Below are positions 18,494 through 27,976 of a stretch of DNA of 64,000 nt, one piece after another. The stretch's first letter is position 1, and each line of letters opens with the position of its first letter. The notes beneath the pieces were generated by a model. That model worked only from the letters and a program-made list of their open reading frames with translations. It was not told where the DNA came from and did no database searches. The DNA lies in contig PLLC01000107.1 in the NCBI GenBank assembly GCA_003141195.1, forward strand, positions 16,174 to 80,173. The letters are read 5' to 3'. This DNA comes from Syntrophaceae bacterium. GTDB lineage: Bacteria; Desulfobacterota; Syntrophia; Syntrophales; UBA5619. Position numbers and translations under genes: made by a program.

Positions 18494-21400
18494 ATGAAAG
18501 TTTTTCGCTCGCATCTGTTGCTCTGTGGAGGAACGGGTTGTCATGCTTCCGGAAGCCTCGAGGTGAAGAAGGTGTTGATCGCCGAACTGGATAAACAGGG
18601 ACTGTCCAACGAAATCAAGCTTGTGGAGACCGGGTGCAACGGATTCTGCGCCATGGGTCCCGTCATGGTCGTCTATCCCGAAGGGATCCTCTATGTGATG
18701 ATCAAACCTGAGGATATTCCAGAGCTGGTGGAAGAGCACCTGGTCAAGGGTCGGGTCCTACAGCGGCTTCTCTACAGGGAACCCGTCACGGAAGGGATCA
18801 TTCCCACGATGCAGGAGATCCCCTTCTTCGCCCTGCAGGATCTGCGGGTGCTCCGGAACCGGGGTCTCATCGATCCGGAAAAGATCGAGGAATTCATCGC
18901 AAGGGACGGTTATGCCGGCATGGCCCAGGCGCTGACCGAAATGACGCCGGATCAGATCATCAAGGAGGTCCTCGATTCGGGGCTTCGTGGCCGGGGTGGC
19001 GCCGGGTTCCCGACCGGTATGAAATGGAAGTTCGCCGCCGCCTCGCAGGGCGACGTTAAATACGTCCTGTGCAACGCCGACGAAGGCGACCCGGGCGCCT
19101 TTATGGACCGCAGCGTCCTGGAGGCGGACCCGCACGCCGTTCTGGAAGGCATGGTCATCGCCGCCAGGGCGATCGGCGCCCATCAGGGTTACATCTACTG
19201 CCGCGCCGAGTATCCGCTGGCCATCCACCGTCTCAACGTCGCCATCGGCCAGGCCAAGGAATACGGCCTCCTGGGAAAGGACATCCTTGGGACCGGCCTT
19301 GACTTTGATCTGGAGATCTACCAGGGCGCGGGCGCCTTCGTCTGCGGCGAGGAAACGGCCCTGATGACCTCGATTGAGGGCAAACGCGGCATGCCGAGAC
19401 CGCGCCCTCCCTTCCCCGCCGTCGCCGGTCTCTGGCAGAAGCCGAGCATCCTGAACAACGTGGAAACCCTCGCCAACATCGGGCAGATCATCCTCCGCGG
19501 CGGCGCCTGGTACGCCAGCGTCGGCACCGAAAAGAGCAAGGGGACGAAGGTCTTCGCGCTCACCGGAGACGTCAACAACGTCGGCCTCGTGGAGGTCCCG
19601 ATGGGAACCACGCTGGGGACCATCGTTTATGACATCGGCGGCGGGATCCCCGGCGGGAAGAAGTACAAGGCAGCCCAGTTGGGCGGTCCCTCCGGCGGCT
19701 GCATTCCTGTCCAGCACCTGAACGCATCGATCGATTACGAGACCATCGTCCAGTTGGGCGCCATCATGGGATCGGGCGGCCTCATCGTCATGAACGAAGA
19801 CAAGTGCGCCGTCGATATGGCCCGTTTCTTCATGGACTTCTGTCAGGACGAGTCCTGCGGCAAGTGCACCCCCTGCCGGGAGGGGACGAAGCGGATGCTG
19901 GAGATCCTGACGAACATCACCGAAGGAAAAGGCAAGGAAGGCGACATTGAGCTCCTCGAGGAAATGGCGGCCATCATCAAGGACGCCTCCCTCTGCGGCC
20001 TCGGCCAGACGGCCCCGAACCCGGTGCTGAGCACCATCCGCTACTTCCACAAGGAGTACGAGGACCACATCCGGAACCACCGCTGCGCGGCGGCCGTCTG
20101 CTCGGCGCTGTTCAAGTCGCCCTGCCAGCACACCTGCCCCGTCGGGATGGACATTCCCTCCTACATCGCCCTGATCCGGGCCGGCCGCCTGGAGGACGCC
20201 TACAAGGTGATGCTCCGGACAAACCCCTTCCCCTCGGTCTGCGGGCGCGTCTGCGACCACAAATGCCAATCCAAGTGCCGCCGCGGGAAGATGGACGAGC
20301 CCATCGCCATCAAGTTCCTGAAGCGGTTCATCTCCGACAACGCCCCGCGGCCGAAGATCGAGGCGGTCCCCGTCACGCGCAAGGAGAAGATCGCCATTGT
20401 CGGCGCCGGTCCTGCCGGGTTGACGGCAGCCAGGGATCTGGCCATCCGCGGTTACAAGGTGACAGTTTTCGAAGAACTGTCCGAAGCGGGCGGAATGCTC
20501 CGCTGGGCGATTCCCTCCTACCGTCTGCCACGTGACATCATCGCCAAGGAGATCGACGACATCCGCGCCCTCGGCGTGGAGATTCGTTGTAACACCCGCG
20601 TCGGGGGGGACGTTCCCTTTGCGAAGATCGATCAGGATTTCGATACCGTCTATCTCGCCCCCGGCGCCCACAAGAGCCAGAAGATGGGCGTCCCTGGCGA
20701 AGAGCTCAAGGGTGTTTACGGCGGCGTCGAGTTCCTCCGGGATTTCAACACCCATGAAACGGCCTGGACCAAGGGCAAAAAGAGCCTGGGCGCCAAAGTA
20801 GCGGTCATCGGCGGCGGCAATTCCGCCATCGACGCGGCCCGTTGCGCGGTCCGCCTCGGCGCCGAGGTGACCATTCTTTACCGTCGTGAACGCAAAGACA
20901 TGCCCGCAGCCACTGACGAGATCATCGCGGCCCTCGAGGAAGGGATCAAGATCGAATTCCTCGTCGCGCCGATCAAGATCGTCGAGAAAAAGGGCAAGGT
21001 GACCGGGATCGCCTGCCAGCGGATGAAGTTAGGCGAGTTCGACCGCAGCGGCCGGAAGAAGCCGATTCCCATCGAAGGGTCCGAGTACACCCTGGGGGTG
21101 GATTCCGTCATCGCCGCCATTGGCCAGGTCCCCGACCTGTCGTTCGTCCCGAAGGAAAGCGGCGTTTCGGTCAACAAGCGGAATTGTTTCGATCTCGCCA
21201 AGGAAAGCGGATCCCGGACGACGAATCCGAAATTCTATGCGGGCGGCGACGCCCTGACGGGTCCGGATACGGTGATCGGCGCCATTGCCGCAGGACACCA
21301 GGCGGCAAAGGATATCGACGGCGCCATCCGGGCTCAGAATTGCGAGGCCGTTTACGAAGAGCCGGCGGGGGAGAAGATCGTCATTCCGTTTGTTCTCGAC

Positions 21401-21550
21401 GAGGAAAACCCCGAAACCCCGCAGACGAAGATGCCGGAACTGCACGGCGCGGACAGGAAGCAGAGCTTCATCGAGGTGGAACTCGGTTTCACGATGGAAG
21501 AGGCCGTCCAGGAGGCGACGCGTTGCCTGAGGTGCGACGTGGAAGTGTAG
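18494..21550 (+). CDS. NuoF/HndC-like flavoprotein fused to a GltD/NfnB-like NAD(P)H-FAD oxidoreductase domain
   Basis: Start moved to ATG 18494 after AAGGAGG. Domains in order:
- N-terminal 2Fe-2S thioredoxin-like domain (CGGTGCH...CNGFCAMGP).
- NuoF core (GLRGRGGAGFPTGMKW, CGKCTPCREG).
- GltD-type Fe-S region (CQHTCP...VCGRVCDHKC).
- FAD site IAIVGAGPAGLTAA.
- NAD(P)H site VAVIGGGNSAIDAAR. Confidence 0.85.
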   Translation: MKVFRSHLLLCGGTGCHASGSLEVKKVLIAELDKQGLSNEIKLVETGCNGFCAMGPVMVVYPEGILYVMIKPEDIPELVEEHLVKGRVLQRLLYREPVTEGIIPTMQEIPFFALQDLRVLRNRGLIDPEKIEEFIARDGYAGMAQALTEMTPDQIIKEVLDSGLRGRGGAGFPTGMKWKFAAASQGDVKYVLCNADEGDPGAFMDRSVLEADPHAVLEGMVIAARAIGAHQGYIYCRAEYPLAIHRLNVAIGQAKEYGLLGKDILGTGLDFDLEIYQGAGAFVCGEETALMTSIEGKRGMPRPRPPFPAVAGLWQKPSILNNVETLANIGQIILRGGAWYASVGTEKSKGTKVFALTGDVNNVGLVEVPMGTTLGTIVYDIGGGIPGGKKYKAAQLGGPSGGCIPVQHLNASIDYETIVQLGAIMGSGGLIVMNEDKCAVDMARFFMDFCQDESCGKCTPCREGTKRMLEILTNITEGKGKEGDIELLEEMAAIIKDASLCGLGQTAPNPVLSTIRYFHKEYEDHIRNHRCAAAVCSALFKSPCQHTCPVGMDIPSYIALIRAGRLEDAYKVMLRTNPFPSVCGRVCDHKCQSKCRRGKMDEPIAIKFLKRFISDNAPRPKIEAVPVTRKEKIAIVGAGPAGLTAARDLAIRGYKVTVFEELSEAGGMLRWAIPSYRLPRDIIAKEIDDIRALGVEIRCNTRVGGDVPFAKIDQDFDTVYLAPGAHKSQKMGVPGEELKGVYGGVEFLRDFNTHETAWTKGKKSLGAKVAVIGGGNSAIDAARCAVRLGAEVTILYRRERKDMPAATDEIIAALEEGIKIEFLVAPIKIVEKKGKVTGIACQRMKLGEFDRSGRKKPIPIEGSEYTLGVDSVIAAIGQVPDLSFVPKESGVSVNKRNCFDLAKESGSRTTNPKFYAGGDALTGPDTVIGAIAAGHQAAKDIDGAIRAQNCEAVYEEPAGEKIVIPFVLDEENPETPQTKMPELHGADRKQSFIEVELGFTMEEAVQEATRCLRCDVEV

Positions 21551-21615
21551 CATTGCGATTGGATTGAAGTTTAATCTTATGAAGATATCGCCTCGCTTCG
21601 GGGCGGAAGGAGCGT

Positions 21616-24318
21616 ATGATGGAAAAGAAGATTCCCCTGAACATGGACGGAAGGGACGTTGAGGCGGTTGCCGGACAGACGATTCTGGAGGTTGCCCGCG
21701 AGCAGGGCATTTACATCCCGACGCTCTGCCACTATTCCAAAACGACAAACGTCGGCGCCTGCCGCGTTTGCGTCGTTGAAGTCGAAAAGGCGAGATCCCT
21801 CGTCGCCTCATGCTGCATGCCGGTCAGTCCCGGCATGGTCATCAAAACGGACACCGCGAAGGTCCGCGCCTCGCAGAGATTGATCGTCGAGTTGCTCTGG
21901 GCCTCCGGGGATCACAACTGCCTGACCTGCGAACAGAACGGCGCCTGCGAACTGCAGAACCTGGTCTACTGGCTCGGGATCGAAAAGCCCCGTTTCAACG
22001 TCGCCCCCCCCGGCTACGAGACCGAAAAAACCAACACGATGATCCAGCGGGATCTCAACAAATGCATCCTCTGCGGACGCTGCATCCGTGCCTGCAACGA
22101 GATCCAGGTCAACGAGGTTCTCGATTTCTCGGGTCGCGGCTCCCGCGCCAAGGTCGGTCCGGCCTTCGGCGCCGACTATATCGATTCCGACTGTTACTTC
22201 TGCGGCGAGTGCGTCGATGCCTGCCCGGTCGGGGCGCTCACCTTCAAACAGGCGCGCTTTGCCGGCCGTCCCTGGGAGTTGAAAAAGATCCGGACAACCT
22301 GCCCCTACTGCGGCGTCGGCTGCCAGATGGACCTCAACGTTTACAATGACCGGATCGTCAAGGTCACCGGCAACCGCGCGTATGAGCAGCCCAACGGCGG
22401 CAGCCTCTGCGTCAAGGGACGGTTTGGACTCGATTTCGTCGGCCATCCCGACCGTCTGAAGACCCCCCTGATCCGGAAGGAAAAGGGCGGGGAGCTGGCG
22501 GCGGCCACCTGGGAGGAGGCCTACGGTTTCATCGCGGATAAACTGAGCGGCATCAAGAAAAATAACGGGCCCGAGAGCATTGCCGGGTTTTCCTCGGCCC
22601 GCAGCACCAATGAGGAAAACTACCTTTTCCAGAAGTTCATGCGCGCGGGCATCGGCACCAACCATATCGATCACTGCGCCCGTCTCTGACACTCCGTGAC
22701 GGTGGCCGGTCTGGCCGCCGCATTCGGAAGCGGTGCGATGACGAACTCCATCGAGGAGATCGAATTCACCGATGTCATCCTGGCGATGGGAACCAATACG
22801 ACGGAAAACCACCCCGTACTATCGTCCCGGATCAAGCGGGCCGTCCGCCAGCGTGGCGCCAAACTGATCGTGATCGACCCCCGGGAGATTGATCTCGTCA
22901 AGTATGCGACGCTCTGGCTCCGGCAGAAACCGGGAACGGACGTCGCCGTTCTGAACGGAATGATGAACATCATCATCACCGAGGGGATCTATGCGAAGGA
23001 ATACGTGGAGAACCGGACGGAGGGCTTCGAGGCCCTGAAGAAGACCGTCGCCGCCTACACGCCCAAACACGTCGAGAAGATTTCGGGCGTACCCGCGGAA
23101 GACCTGAAGGCGGCCGCGCGCCTCTACGCGAAGGCAAACAAGGCCTCCATCCTTTACGCGATGGGGATGACACAGCACATCACCGGGACGGACAACGTCA
23201 AGTCCTGTGCCAACATCTCCATGCTCTGCGGGAAAATCGGCATCGAGGGCGGCGGCGTCAACCCGCTCCGGGGGCAGAACAACGTCCAGGGCGCCTGCGA
23301 TATGGGGGCGCTGCCGACTGTCTTTCCTGCATACCAGCCGGTGGCCAATGACGAAACGCGGGCCAAATTCGAGAAGGCCTGGGGTGCGGCGCTCCCGGCC
23401 AAACCGGGGAAAACGATCGTCGAGATCATGGATGGCGCCCATAAGGGAGAGATCAAGGCCCTCTATATCATGGGCGAAAACCCGATGATCTCCGATCCCG
23501 ACCTCACCCACGTGGAGGCGTCGCTGAAACACCTGGACCTCCTCATCGTTCAGGATATCTTCCTGACGGAGACGGCGAGGCTTGCCGACGTGGTCCTCCC
23601 CTCCGCCTGCTTTGCGGAAAAGGACGGCACCTTCACCAACACGGAACGAAGGGTCCAGCGCGTCCGGAAAGCCGTTCCGGCACCCGGTCAGGCGAAGGCG
23701 GACTGGGAGATCATCGCGGGCATCTCCGCGAAGATGGGCTATCCCATGAACTACGCCTCGGCAGCAGAGATTATGGCGGAAATCAATGCCGTCGCCCCGA
23801 GCTATGCGGGGATCACCTATGAGCGTCTTGAGAAGGAGGGAATCCAGTGGCCCTGCCCCAACACGGGCCATCCGGGAACCCGTTTCCTCCACAAGGACCG
23901 GTTCAGCCGGGGACGCGGACTCTTCCATGCCATCGAGTATATACCGCCGGCGGAACAGACCGATGATGAATATCCGATCATCCTGTCCACGGGGCGGGTC
24001 CTCTACCATTACCATACCGGCACGATGACGCGGCTCTCCCAAGGATCCATGGAACGCTGTCCCGAATCCCTGGTTGAGATCAATCCCCGTGACGCGGAGA
24101 AGCTCGGCATCGAGGACGGACAGACCGTCAAGGTCACCTCACGACGCGGGACGCTGCAGGCCAAGGCGAAGATAACCACCCGTTCCGACCGGGGGACGAT
24201 TTTCATGAATTTCCACTTCCACGAGGCGGCGGTGAACTTCCTGACCAACCCGGCGCTCGATCCCATCGGAAAGATTCCGGAGTACAAGGTCTGTGCCGTC
24301 CGGGTGGAGGCGGCCTGA
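21616..24318 (+). CDS. fdhA: selenocysteine-containing formate dehydrogenase catalytic subunit with NuoG-like N-terminal Fe-S domains (in-frame TGA at 22687 read as Sec)
   Basis: Track ORFs 21616-22689 and 22696-24318 are in the same frame. The junction reads [29 protein letters not shown], the canonical FDH active-site Sec/Cys context. N-terminus carries 2Fe-2S, a His-ligated 4Fe-4S, 2x4Fe-4S, then CPYCGVGC and molybdopterin domains. Confidence 0.9.
22687..22722 (+). promoter_or_regulatory. Sec-UGA plus candidate bacterial SECIS hairpin
   Basis: TGA at 22687-22689. Hairpin GGTGGCC (22701-22707), loop GGTCT, GGCCGCC (22713-22719): 7 bp including one G-U, starting 11 nt after the UGA. The loop sequence resembles the fdhF SECIS apical GGUCU. 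Confidence 0.7.
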
Positions 24319-24398
24319 AGAAAGCATTTGGATCGTTTGCGTTCCCCGGCGGCGCCGGGGTTAGATTGAAAATCATCGGAAACAAGGGAGGACACAAG

Positions 24399-25634
24399 AT
24401 GTCAGAGGAACGACTGGAAAGCAAGCGCTGGGGGATCGCCATAGCCGCCGTTGTCATGCAGTTGAGCCTGGGAACGGTCTATGCGTGGTCCGTATTCAAG
24501 AAGCCTCTCATGACGGCGCACGGCTGGGGGGAAACAGAGACGCAGGTCACCTTCATGATCTGCATCGGCATGATCGGGATTGCCGCCGCCTTCGGCGGCG
24601 CGCTGGTGGACAAGAAGGGGCCCCGTTTCGTGGCGACCCTGGGAGGTATCCTCTTTGGGGTCGGCACCCTTTTGGCGGGTCTGGCCGACCAGCTCGGAAA
24701 CATCTATTTGCTCTATCTGGGCTTCGGCTTGATCGCCGGTCTGGGGAACGGTTTCGGCTATGTGACGCCAATCGCGACGCTGATCCGTTGGTTTCCGGAC
24801 AAGCGGGGTCTGGTGACGGGTCTGGCCGTCATGGGATTCGGCTTCGGCGCCTTCTTCATGGGAAAGATCGCCCCGGGGATGGTCAACGGCATGGGCGTCG
24901 CCACCACCTTCTACATCCTGGGGATCATTTTCCTGATCCTGGTCACGGCCGCCGCGCAGTTCTACAAGAACCCCCCCAAGGGCTGGCTTCCCGCAGGCTT
25001 CACGCCGTCCAAGACGGCGGCATCCGCCGCCCAGTCCTTCACCTTCGACGAAGCCAAGAAGACCCCCCAGTGGTGGATGCTGTGGGCCATGCTCTGCCTG
25101 AACATCTCCGCGGGTCTGGGTCTGCTCTCGCAGCTCTCCCCGATGGCCCAGGATATCATCGGCAAGACCCAGGGGCTCACCGATCCTAAGGCGCTGGCGC
25201 TGGCCGGTGGCACGATCCTGGCCATCGCCTCCATCTTCAACGGCCTGGGGCGTCTCTTCTGGGCCTGGCTGTCCGACGCGATCGGCCGGAAGAATATCTT
25301 CATGATCATGTTCATCACGCAGGCCATTCTCTATATTCTTTTGCCGCAGATCAGCAGCCAGTTTCTGTTCACCGTGATTGCCTGCTACCTTCTGGCCTGC
25401 TACGGCGGGGGATTCGCGACGATGCCTGCCTTCGTAGCCGACTCCTTCGGACCGGCCTATATCGGCAGGGTGTATGGGATCATGCTGACCGCCTGGTCGG
25501 TTGCCGGGGTCATCGGCCCGCTGGTATTCGCCCAGCTCAAGGGGATCGCCCTCTACGTGGCGGCGGGGCTTCTGATTGTGGGGTTCCTCATCGCCCTTGG
25601 CTACAAGCGTCCGGAGCCGAAGAAGGCTGCGTAA
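24399..25634 (+). CDS. MFS transporter, oxalate/formate antiporter (OFA) family; probable formate transporter
   Basis: Start moved to ATG 24399 after AAGGGAGG. MSEERLESKRWGIAIAAVVMQLSLGTVYAWSVF is a typical OFA N-terminus, with about 12 predicted TM helices. Confidence 0.8.
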   Translation: MSEERLESKRWGIAIAAVVMQLSLGTVYAWSVFKKPLMTAHGWGETETQVTFMICIGMIGIAAAFGGALVDKKGPRFVATLGGILFGVGTLLAGLADQLGNIYLLYLGFGLIAGLGNGFGYVTPIATLIRWFPDKRGLVTGLAVMGFGFGAFFMGKIAPGMVNGMGVATTFYILGIIFLILVTAAAQFYKNPPKGWLPAGFTPSKTAASAAQSFTFDEAKKTPQWWMLWAMLCLNISAGLGLLSQLSPMAQDIIGKTQGLTDPKALALAGGTILAIASIFNGLGRLFWAWLSDAIGRKNIFMIMFITQAILYILLPQISSQFLFTVIACYLLACYGGGFATMPAFVADSFGPAYIGRVYGIMLTAWSVAGVIGPLVFAQLKGIALYVAAGLLIVGFLIALGYKRPEPKKAA

Positions 25635-25726
25635 CCGCCTGCCTCGGAGAGGTAGCGCTCCGCGGTTCAATGGACCCCGTCCCCCGATGATTGCGATACT
25701 TCGCCGGGGTCATGGGTTGTAACAGC

Positions 25727-25760
25727 GGCGCCCGCCGGTTCTTCCGGCGGGCGCCTTTTT
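25727..25760 (+). terminator. rho-independent terminator ending the FDH operon
   Basis: GGCGCCCGCCGG-ttctt-CCGGCGGGCGCC (12-bp perfect stem) followed by TTTTTAT. Confidence 0.85.
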
Positions 25761-25805
25761 ATATTCACGCTGCCGTGGCCCTGTGCGCCGGGCAGGAATT
25801 GTACC

Positions 25806-27239
25806 TTATTCAGGAGGATGTTGCGCTCCTGCGGGGGTGGGAAGAACCAGTTTCCGGTCGATATAAAGGGGATCCGGGCGCTTGAGGTGATTGAGTTCCA
25901 TGAGGACACGGATTGTCGTTCCGTGTCTTGCGGCGATCGCACCGAGCGTATCGCCCCTTTTCACCCGGTAGGTCGTTCCGGACTTCGAAGCGGGGTCGCG
26001 CTTCCCGGCGACGGTCCCCTTTACCATCCCCTTCTCTTCCCCGACGGAATGATCCCGTGACTTTGGTTCTTCATCCTTTCCGGCGGAAACGGTTACGGCT
26101 GCCGCCGAGAGGGGCGGCAGGAATTCGACGACGGAGCGGGCCACCCCCTCCGCGATCCGCGTCTGAAAGCGGTCGCTCCGCAAAAGCTTTTCCTCTTTTT
26201 CATTGGAGATATAGGCGGTTTCGACCAGAATGGACGGAACCTCCGGGAGCTTGAGCACACGGAAAGGCGCCTCCTGAACGGTCGCGAATTTAAGACGGTT
26301 CGTCGCACCCAGCTCTCTGAGGAGCACACCGCCGAAGGTTCTGGACTGGTTTATGGTATGGGTCTGGAACATGTCGAGGATGATCGGACCGGAGACATCG
26401 CTTCCCTCCCCGTTGGGGACCCCGCCGACGACGTCGGCCAGGTTTTCATTCCTGGCGAGAATCTTCGCCGCCTCGTTGCTCGCCGCCCCGGTAGAGAGAC
26501 TGTAGACCGAACTGCCGGCGGCCTCCCGGTTTCTGGCCGCATCCGCGTGGATGCTCACGAACAGATCCGCCCCGTATTCTCTCGCAATCATGAGCCTTTT
26601 CTTGAAAGATACATAATAGTCGTCATCCCGGGTCAGAAAGGCGCGGTAACCTTCCTTGCCATTCAGCATATCCCGCAGCTTTTTTGCGATCGCCAGCACG
26701 ACATTCTTTTCAAAGGTCCCCTTTTTCCCGACCGCCCCCGGGGCATCGCCCCCGTGACCGGGATCGATCACGACGACCCTGGCCTTGTGCGTAACCTTGA
26801 TCCGTTCCCGGGCCTCGCTCTCCTGTTTTGCGGCATCCGGCAGGACGAGATCCACGACGATCCGGTACGGCTTGTCCTGAAACATTTTTAACTTAAAAAC
26901 CGTAGTCTGGACCGGACCGGGGAGAGACAGTTCCACGCGGACCCCGGAACGTGGACGGGTGGAAAGGGCAACCCCCTCCAGCCCCGGCTTTTTCAGGATC
27001 GTAATGCGGGGAAGATGGGAAGGCAGCGCGGTCTCTTCCAGATCGACGGCAATCATCCTCTCCTCCTTTTCGACGGTGAACGAGACATCCTCGCTCGTGT
27101 CGATCACGACCCGGGTATGGTCCGGGGCCACCCAGTGGCGGATGTTCAGGATCTGGTTCAAGGCCAGGGCGCAGGACGGCCAGCCGGATCCAAAGATCCA
27201 GATGACCAGAATCACGAAGAGCTTTCCTGCACGGGACAT
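25806..27239 (-). CDS. N-acetylmuramoyl-L-alanine amidase (AmiC-type: AMIN domain, Amidase_3, C-terminal LysM)
   Basis: 477 aa with a signal peptide. VVVIDPGHGG...FVSIHADA, and a LysM domain YRVKRGDTLGAIAARHGTTIRVLMELN. Confidence 0.88.
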   Translation of the reverse strand: MSRAGKLFVILVIWIFGSGWPSCALALNQILNIRHWVAPDHTRVVIDTSEDVSFTVEKEERMIAVDLEETALPSHLPRITILKKPGLEGVALSTRPRSGVRVELSLPGPVQTTVFKLKMFQDKPYRIVVDLVLPDAAKQESEARERIKVTHKARVVVIDPGHGGDAPGAVGKKGTFEKNVVLAIAKKLRDMLNGKEGYRAFLTRDDDYYVSFKKRLMIAREYGADLFVSIHADAARNREAAGSSVYSLSTGAASNEAAKILARNENLADVVGGVPNGEGSDVSGPIILDMFQTHTINQSRTFGGVLLRELGATNRLKFATVQEAPFRVLKLPEVPSILVETAYISNEKEEKLLRSDRFQTRIAEGVARSVVEFLPPLSAAAVTVSAGKDEEPKSRDHSVGEEKGMVKGTVAGKRDPASKSGTTYRVKRGDTLGAIAARHGTTIRVLMELNHLKRPDPLYIDRKLVLPTPAGAQHPPE

Positions 27240-27456
27240 ATCCGCATCCTGAAATATTTTGGGAATATGTATCAGCTCCGGCGGACAAATTCAACCCCGA
27301 TTGCGAAAAGAGATTGACATGGCGCACCGTTGATGGCATGGATACCGCCGCCGCGGGATCCGGTGAGTGGCCGCGTGGAAAAAGGATTGAATATTCGCCT
27401 GGCCCGTAGTATGGTTCACCGCCGTCAAGCGTTTGCGCCGGTGAGCGTCTTTCAGG

Positions 27457-27533
27457 GGGCGATTAGCTCAGTTGGATAGAGCGCTGGTCTCCGGAACCAG
27501 AGGCCGTGGGTTCAAGTCCCACATCGCCTACCA
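27457..27533 (+). tRNA. tRNA-Arg (anticodon CCG)
   Basis: Hand-folded cloverleaf: acceptor GGGCGAT/ATCGCCT, D arm GCTC/GAGC, anticodon stem CTGGT/ACCAG with loop CTCCGGA, T arm GTGGG-TTCAAGT-CCCAC, encoded CCA. Confidence 0.93.
27485..27533 (+). repeat. attL: 49-bp direct repeat (3' part of tRNA-Arg)
   Basis: Base-for-base identical to 38759-38807. Confidence 0.9.
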
Positions 27534-27541
27534 AGTAAATC

Positions 27542-27579
27542 AGGGGCTTAACGAATTACAGTTAGCCCCTCTTTTTTTG
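27542..27579 (+). terminator. rho-independent terminator just after tRNA-Arg (supplied by island DNA)
   Basis: AGGGGCTTAAC-gaattaca-GTTAGCCCCT followed by CTTTTTTTG. Confidence 0.7.
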
Positions 27580-27581
27580 TC

Positions 27582-27601
27582 TGCTACCCTATAGCTACCC
27601 T
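27582..27601 (+). repeat. 20-nt arm repeat TGCTACCCTATAGCTACCCT (copy 1; internal tandem GCTACCCT x2)
   Basis: Identical to 38603-38622, in the same orientation. Lies 49 bp inside attL. Confidence 0.8.
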
Positions 27602-27910
27602 TTTTATTTTTTACCCTCAATCACATGCTCATTATTTAGAATGTTAGAAGATGAAATATTATGTATGGATAGGGCCAGGGGGAGGCTCCCCACTGGATTG
27701 ATGGGTTCCCTTCTCCTGTCATTGACAAGTAGCTCGGTGCACACGGCGGGTAAAAATCGGAAACACAGCTATAGTGCACCGTTGCGAAAAAGTGTCCTGA
27801 CCAATATTTGACCTTACAAACACTGTCAAATTAAGTCTCCGTCTCTTTTAACGAGTTCACCTACCAACACTCAGCCCAAGGTGGCAATGGAAGATGAACA
27901 TTACTGAAGG

Positions 27911-27950
27911 AAACAAACGAAAAGGCAGAGCCATTTGACCAGCCCTGCCT
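27911..27950 (-). terminator. rho-independent terminator of the HAF/PEP-CTERM gene
   Basis: Minus strand: AGGCAGGGC-tggtcaaatg-GCTCTGCCT (9 bp, one G-U) followed by TTTTCGTTTGTTT. Confidence 0.65.
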
Positions 27951-27976
27951 TTCGATTTAGTTCTACACCCGGTTTA

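Noticed and set aside
18758-20755. 665-aa minus-strand ORF antisense to the NuoF-GltD gene
   Set aside because: It mirrors a gene with many Fe-S, FMN and FAD motifs, and its own sequence is featureless and Gly/Asp/Arg-rich.
22687-22689. TGA read as a genuine stop (fdhA as two genes or a pseudogene)
   Set aside because: Both halves share a frame, the junction is the conserved Sec/Cys active-site context, and a SECIS-like hairpin follows. Selenocysteine recoding is far more likely.
24402-25670. 422-aa minus-strand ORF that mirrors the MFS transporter almost end to end (same length)
   Set aside because: The coincidence is striking, but the antisense protein is highly charged (R/E/D/G/P) with no TM segments or motifs. 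The plus-strand product has a textbook OFA N-terminus and an RBS. I treat it as a codon-bias artefact.
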